In this document: positions 46,135 to 51,920 of the stretch, piece by piece
Layout of the letters: every line of letters begins with the position of its first letter
How positions within the stretch are numbered: the stretch's first letter is position 1
Assembly (NCBI GenBank): GCA_038087875.1
Contig: JAXLNO010000161.1
Coordinates: 124,001-175,920, forward strand
Source of the DNA: Malacoraja senta
Taxonomy: Eukaryota
Length of the DNA: 51,920 nt
Direction: 5' to 3'
The notes under the pieces: generated by a model
The model's input: the letters and a program-made list of their open reading frames with translations, nothing else
The model's database searches: none
What the model was told of the DNA's origin: nothing
Program-made: the position numbers and the translations under genes

Positions 46135-48750
46135 CATAGATACATAGATACATAGAAAATAGGTGCAGGAGTAGGCCATTCGACCTTCGAGCCTGCACCT
46201 CCATTCAATATGATCATGGCTGATAATCAGTTTCCCGTACCTGCCTTCTCTCCATACCCCCTGATCCCTTTATCCACAAGGGCCACATCTAACTCCCTCT
46301 TAAATATAGCCAATGAACTGGCCTCAACTACCCTCTGTGGCAGAGAGTTCCAGAGATTCACCACTCTCTGTGTGAAAAAGTTTTTCTCATCTCGGTCTTA
46401 AAGGATTTCCCCTTATCCTTAAGCTGTGACCCCTTGTCGTGCACCCCCTCTATGGCTATAACGTCCTTCCTCAGATTTGGAGACCAAAACTGTACGCAAT
46501 ACTCCAGGTGTGGTCTCACCAACACCCTGTACAACTGCAGTAGAACCTCCCTGCTCCTATACTCAAATCCTTTTGCTATGAAAGCTAACATACCATTCGC
46601 TTTCTTCACTGCCTGCTGCACCTGCGTGCCTACTTTCAATGACTGGTGTACCATGACACCCAGGTCTCGCTGCATCACCCCTTTTCCTAATCGGCCACCA
46701 TTTAGATAATAGTCTACTTTCCTGTTTTAGCCACCAAAGTGGATAACCTCACATTTATCCACATTATACTGCATCTGCCAAACATTTGCCCACTCATCCA
46801 GCCTATCCAAGTCACCTTGCAGTCTCCTAGCATCCTCCTCACAGCTAACACTGCCCCCCAGCTTAGTGTCATCCGCAAACTTGGAGATGTTGCCTTCAAT
46901 TCCCTCATCCAGTTCATTAATATAAATTGTAAATAGCTGGGGTCCCAGCGCTGAGCCTTGCGGTACCCCACTAGTCACTGCCTGCCATTGTGAAAAGGAC
47001 CCGTTTACTCCTACTCTTTGCTTCCTGTTGCCAGCCAGTTCTCTATCCACATCAATACTGAACCCCCAATACCGTGTGCTTTAAGTTTGTATACTAATCT
47101 CTTATGTGGTACCTTGTCGAAAGCCTTCTGAAAGTCCAGATACAACACATCCACTGGTTCTCCCCTATCCACTCTACTGGTTACATCCTCGAAAAATTCT
47201 ATAAGATTCGTCAGACATGATTTACTTTTCGTAAATCCATGCTGACTTTGTCCAATGATTTCACCACTTTCCAAATGTGCTGCTATCTCATCTTTAATAA
47301 GTGACTCTAGCAGTTTCCCCACTACCGATGTTACACTAACTGGTCTGTAATTCCCAGTTTTCTCTCTCCCTCCCTCTTAAAAAGTGGGGTTACGTTTGCT
47401 ACCCTCCAATCCTCAGTAACTACTCCAGAATATAAATAGTTTTGAAAAATTATCACTAATGCATCCACTATTTTTGGAGCTACTTCCTTAAGTACTCTGG
47501 GATGCAGCCTATCTGGCCCTGGTGATTTATCGGCCTTTAATCCATTCAATTTAGCCAACACCACTTCCCGACTAACCTGGATTTCACTCAGTTCCTCTAT
47601 CTGCTTTGACCCGCGGTCCCCTGCTATTTCCGGCAGATTATTTATGTCTTCCTTAGTGAAGACGGAACCAAAGTAGTTATTCAATTGGTCCGCCATATCA
47701 TTGTTCCCCATGATCAATTCACCTGTTTCTGACATTTGTTTTAACTAATCTCTTTTCTCTTCACATATCTATAAAAACTTTTGCGTCAGTTTTTATGTTC
47801 CCTGCCAGTTTTTCTTTCATAATCTATTTTCCCTTTCCTAGTTAAGCCCTTTGTCCTCCTCTGCTGGTCTCTGAATTTCTCCCAGTCCTCTGGCATGCTG
47901 CTTTTTCTGGCTAATTTGTACGCATCATCTTTTGCTTTGATACCATCCCTGATTTCCCTTGTTATCCACGGATGCACTACTTTCCCTGATTTATTCTTTT
48001 GCCAAACTGGATGAACAATTTTTGTAGTTCATCCATGCAGTCTTTAAATGCCTTCCTTTGCATATCCACCGTCAACCCTTTTAGAACAAATTGCCAGTCA
48101 ATCTTGGCCAATTCACGTCTCATACCCTCAAAGTTACCTTTCTTTAAGTTCAGAACCGTTGTTTCTGAATTAACAATGTCACTCTCCATCCTAAAGAGGA
48201 ACTCAACCATATTATGGTCACTCTTGCCCAATGGGGCACGCACAACAAGACTGCTAACTAACCCTCCCTCATTACTCAATACCCAGTCTAGAATAGCCTG
48301 CTCTCTCGTTGGTTCCTCTACATGTTGATTTAGATAACTATCCCGCATACATTCCAAGAAATCCTCTTCCTCAGCACCCCTGCCAATTTGATTCACCCAA
48401 TCTATATGCAGATTGAAGTCACCCATTATAACTGTTTTGCCTTTGTTGCACGCATTTCTAATTTCCTATTTGATGCCATCCCCAACTGCACTACTACTGC
48501 TAGGTGGCCTGTACACAACACCCACCAGCGTTTTCTGCCCCTTAGTGTTTCGCAGCTCTACCCATACCGATTCCACATCCTCCAAGCTAATGTCCTTCCT
48601 TTCCACTGCGTTAATCTCCTCTCTAACCAGCAACGCTACTCCACCACCTTTTCCTTTCTCTCTATCCCTCCTGAATATTGAATATCCCTGGATGTTCAGC
48701 TCCCAGCCTTGGTCACCCTGGAGCCATTTCTCCGTGATCCCGACTATATC
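46135..48750 (-). mobile_element. 5'-truncated CR1 LINE of the same family, with internal deletions
   Basis: Starts at DIVGITEKW in the APE domain. [14 protein letters not shown] is present. ~185 bp is missing near 46439, and the (TATCTATG)n tail is at 46135-46160. Confidence 0.94.
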
Positions 48751-51700
48751 CTCCTCTCTCCTCTCTTCTCCTCTCACCTCCTCTCTCCTCTCTTCTACTC
48801 TCCAGTACCCACCTCTCCTGCTCTCCTCTCCTCCCATTTCCTCCCCTACCCTCTCCTCTCCACTTCTCTCTACTCGCCTCTCAAGACCTCTCCACTCGCT
48901 CCTCTCCTATCCGCTCCTCTCCTCTCCTATCCCTCTCCTCTCCTCACTACTCCCTTCTCCTCCCCTCTCCTCTCCTCTCCTCTTCTCCCCTCCCCTTTCC
49001 TCCCCTCCCTCTCCTCTCCTCTACCCTCTTCTCCTCTCTCCTCTCCACACCCCTCATCCCCTCCCCTTCCCTCTCCTCTCATCTCCTCCCCTCCTCTCCC
49101 CTTTCCTCTGCTCCCCTCACCTCCCTTCCCCTCTCCTCTCCTCCGCTCTCCTCTCCTCTTCTCTCCTCCCATTTCCTCCCCTCTCCTCTCCACTCCTCTC
49201 CGCTCCTCTCCTCTCCTCTCTACTCCCCTCTCATCTCCTCTCCTCTCGTCTCGTCTCCTCTCCTCTCACCTCCTCTCCTATCCCTCTCCTCTCCTCTCTA
49301 CATCCTTCAACTCCCCGCTCCTCTCCTCTTCTCTCCTCTCCTCTCCTCTCCTCCCTTTCCTCTCCTCTCCTCTCTACTCCCCTCTCATCTCCTCTCCTCT
49401 CGTCTCCTCTCCTCTCCGCTCCTCTACTATCCCTCTCCTCTCCTCTCTACTCCCTTCTCCTCCCCTCTCCACTCCTCTCCTCTTCTCCGCTCCCCTTTCC
49501 TCCCGTCCCCTCTCCTCTCCTCTCCTCTCCTCTCCTCTCCTCTCCTCTCCTCTCAGCTCCACTCCTCTCATCCCCTCCACTTTCCTCCCTACCCCTCTCC
49601 TCTCCTCTCCTCTCTATACCCCTCTCCTCTCCTCTCTACTCTCTCATCTCCTCTCATCTCCTCTCCTCTCCTATCCCTATCCTCTCCTCTCTACTGCCTA
49701 CTCCTCCCCTCCCCTCTCCTCTCCTCTCCTCCCCTCGCCTCTCCTCTCCTCTCCTCTCCTCTCCTCTCCCCCTCCCCTCACTACTCCCTTCTCCTCCCCT
49801 CACATCCCCTCTCTTCTGCTCTCCTCCCCTCTCCTCTCCACTCCTCTCCTCTCCTCTCCCCCCTAACCTTTCCCACCCTCCCCTCTCCTCTCCTCTCCAC
49901 TCCCCTCTCATCTACTCTCCTTTCCTCCCCTCCGTCGCCGCCCCTCCCCTCTCCTCCCCTCCCCTCCCAATCTCCTCCCCTCTCCCCCTCCCCTTTCCAC
50001 TCCTCTCCTCCCCTCCCCTCTCCTCGCCTCCGCTCTCCTCTCCTCTCCCCTCCTCCTACCTCCTGTCCTCTCCTCTCCTGTACTCTCCCGTCCTCTCCCC
50101 TCCTCCCCTCTCCTCCCCTTTCCTCCCTACCCTCTCCTCTCCTCTCCTCTCCGCACCTCTCCTCGCCTATCCCTCTCCTCTCCTCTCTACTCCCATTCAC
50201 CTCCCCTCCCCTCTCCCCTCCCATTTCCTCCCACTCCTCTCCTCTCCTCTCCTTCCCACACCTTTCCTTCCCTCCCCTCTCCGCTCCTCTCCTCTCCTCT
50301 CCACCCCTCTCCTCTCCTCTATCCCCACCCCTCCCCTCTCCACCCCTCTCTTCTCCCCTCCTCTCCTCTCATCCCCACTCCTCTCCTCACCTCTCCTCTC
50401 CTCCCCACCTCTCCTCTCCTCCCCTCTCCTCTTCTCCCCTCTCCACTCTCCTCTCCTCTCCTATCCTCTCCTCTCCTCTCCTCTCCTCTACTCTCATCTT
50501 CTCCCTACCCCCCTAACCTCCCCTCTTCTCTCCTCTACTCCCCTCTCCTCTCCTCTCGTCCCCTCCCATTTACTCCCTCCCCTCTCCTCTCATGCCTACT
50601 CCCCTCTCCTCTCTTCTCCTCTCCTCTTCTCCTCTCCTCTCCTCCTCTCTACTCTCCTCTCCTCTCCTCCTACTCCTCTCCTCCCCTCCTCTCCTCCTGT
50701 CTCCTCTCCTGTCCTCTCCTCCCATCTCCTCTCCGCACCTCCACTCTCCTCTCCTCTCCTCTCCTCTCTCCGCTCCTCTCCTCTCTTCTCCTCTCCTGTC
50801 CTATCCTCTCTACTCTCCTCTCCTTTCCTCTCCTCTTCTCTCCTCTCTACTCCCTTCCCCTCCCCTTCCCTCCCCTCCCCTTACCTCCCCTTTCCTCTCC
50901 TCCCCTCCCCTTTCCTCTCCTCCGCTCTCCTCTCCTCTACACTCCACTCCTCTCCTCTCCTCTCCACTCCTCTCCTCTCCTCTCCACTCCTCTTCTCTCC
51001 TCTCCTCCCCTTTCCTCCCCTCCTCTCCTCACTACTCCCCTCTCATCTCCTCTCCTCTTGTCTCCTGTCCTCTCATCTCCACTCCTCTCCTCTCCTCTCC
51101 TCTCCTCCCCTCTCATTTCCTCCCCTCCCCTCTACTCACCTCTCCTCGATACTCTCCTCTCCTGCCATCTCCTCTCCTGTCCTCTCATCTCCTCTCCTCG
51201 CCTCCCCTCTCCTCCCCTCTGTTCTTCTCTCCACTCCTCTCATCCCCTCCCTTCCTCCCCTCACCTCTCCACTCCTCTCATTCCTACACACCTCTCCTCT
51301 CCTCTCTTTTACTCTCCTCCCCTCCTCTCCTCTCCTCTTCTTCTCTCCTCTCCCCCCTCCCCTCCCCTCTTTTCCTCGCACCTCACCTCCTCTCCTCCCA
51401 TCTCCTCTCCTCACCTCCACTCTCCTCTCCTCTCTATTCGCTCCTCTCTTCTCCTCTCCTCCCTTCTCGACTCTAAACTACTCTCCACTCCTCTCCGCCC
51501 CTCCCCTCCCCTCTCCTCTCCTCTCTACTCCATTCACTTCCCCTCCTCCTCTCCTCTCCTCTTCTCCTCCCCTTTCCTCCCCGCCCCTCTCCACTGCTCT
51601 CCTCTCCTCTCCTCTATACTCCCCTCTCCTCTCCTCCGCTCTCCTCTCCTCTCCTCTCCTCTCCTCTCCTCTACTCTCCTCCCATCTCCTCTCCTCTCCT

Positions 51701-51920
51701 CTCCACTCCTCTCCTCTCCTCTCTACTCCCCTCTCCTCCCCTCTCCTCTCCTCTCCACTACTCCCCACTACTCTCCTCTGCTCTCCTCCAATTACTTCCC
51801 CTCCCCTCTTTTTTCCTCTCCTTTCCTCTCCACTCCTCTCTACTCTGCTCTCCTCCCTTCTCCTCTCCTCACCTCACCTCTCCTCACTCCTCTCCTGCCC
51901 CCTCCTCTCCTCTCCACTCC
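48751..51920. repeat. (CTCCT)n satellite, running off the window
   Basis: Directly visible. Confidence 0.97.

Noticed and set aside
28922..48750. Sequence-specific targeting of (CTCCT)n by this CR1 family
   Set aside because: The two independent insertions are in opposite orientations relative to the satellite, and a Gypsy inserted there too. Passive accumulation in a large target is sufficient.
33882..51768. Long PLLSS/GEERR ORFs (up to 802 aa)
   Set aside because: They are stop-free translations of the (CTCCT)n satellite.

Overview
Eukaryotic, repeat-saturated vertebrate DNA. The TTAGGG repeat, the HER1/CR1-type LINEs and the Penelope/V-SINE mix suggest a cartilaginous fish such as a skate or ray (inference). 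The only recognisable host coding sequence is a 141-bp minus-strand exon of a PMP22/EMP-family tetraspan gene, present twice (15229-15369 and 28368-28508). It lies inside a ~13-kb tandem duplication (7219-20250 / 20251-32996) whose junction joins a CR1 RT domain to a Gypsy pol gene. The rest is probably intronic and comprises: two families of Mag-type Gypsy LTR retrotransposons; a full-length CR1 LINE with a 90-bp monomer array in its 5' UTR and a UUUAAAC slippery site at the ORF1/ORF2 overlap; truncated and 5'-inverted CR1 copies; Penelope fragments with hammerhead-like motifs; a BEL/Pao gag relic split by an L2 tail and a Harbinger-type MITE; another TIR element; a YY1/ETS/CRE motif cluster next to a ~58-bp minisatellite; (AG)n and (CA)n tracts; and ~11 kb of (CTCCT)n satellite. 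A 200-N assembly gap at 18712-18911 limits conclusions about copy number. Most long ORFs in the track are simple-repeat artefacts.
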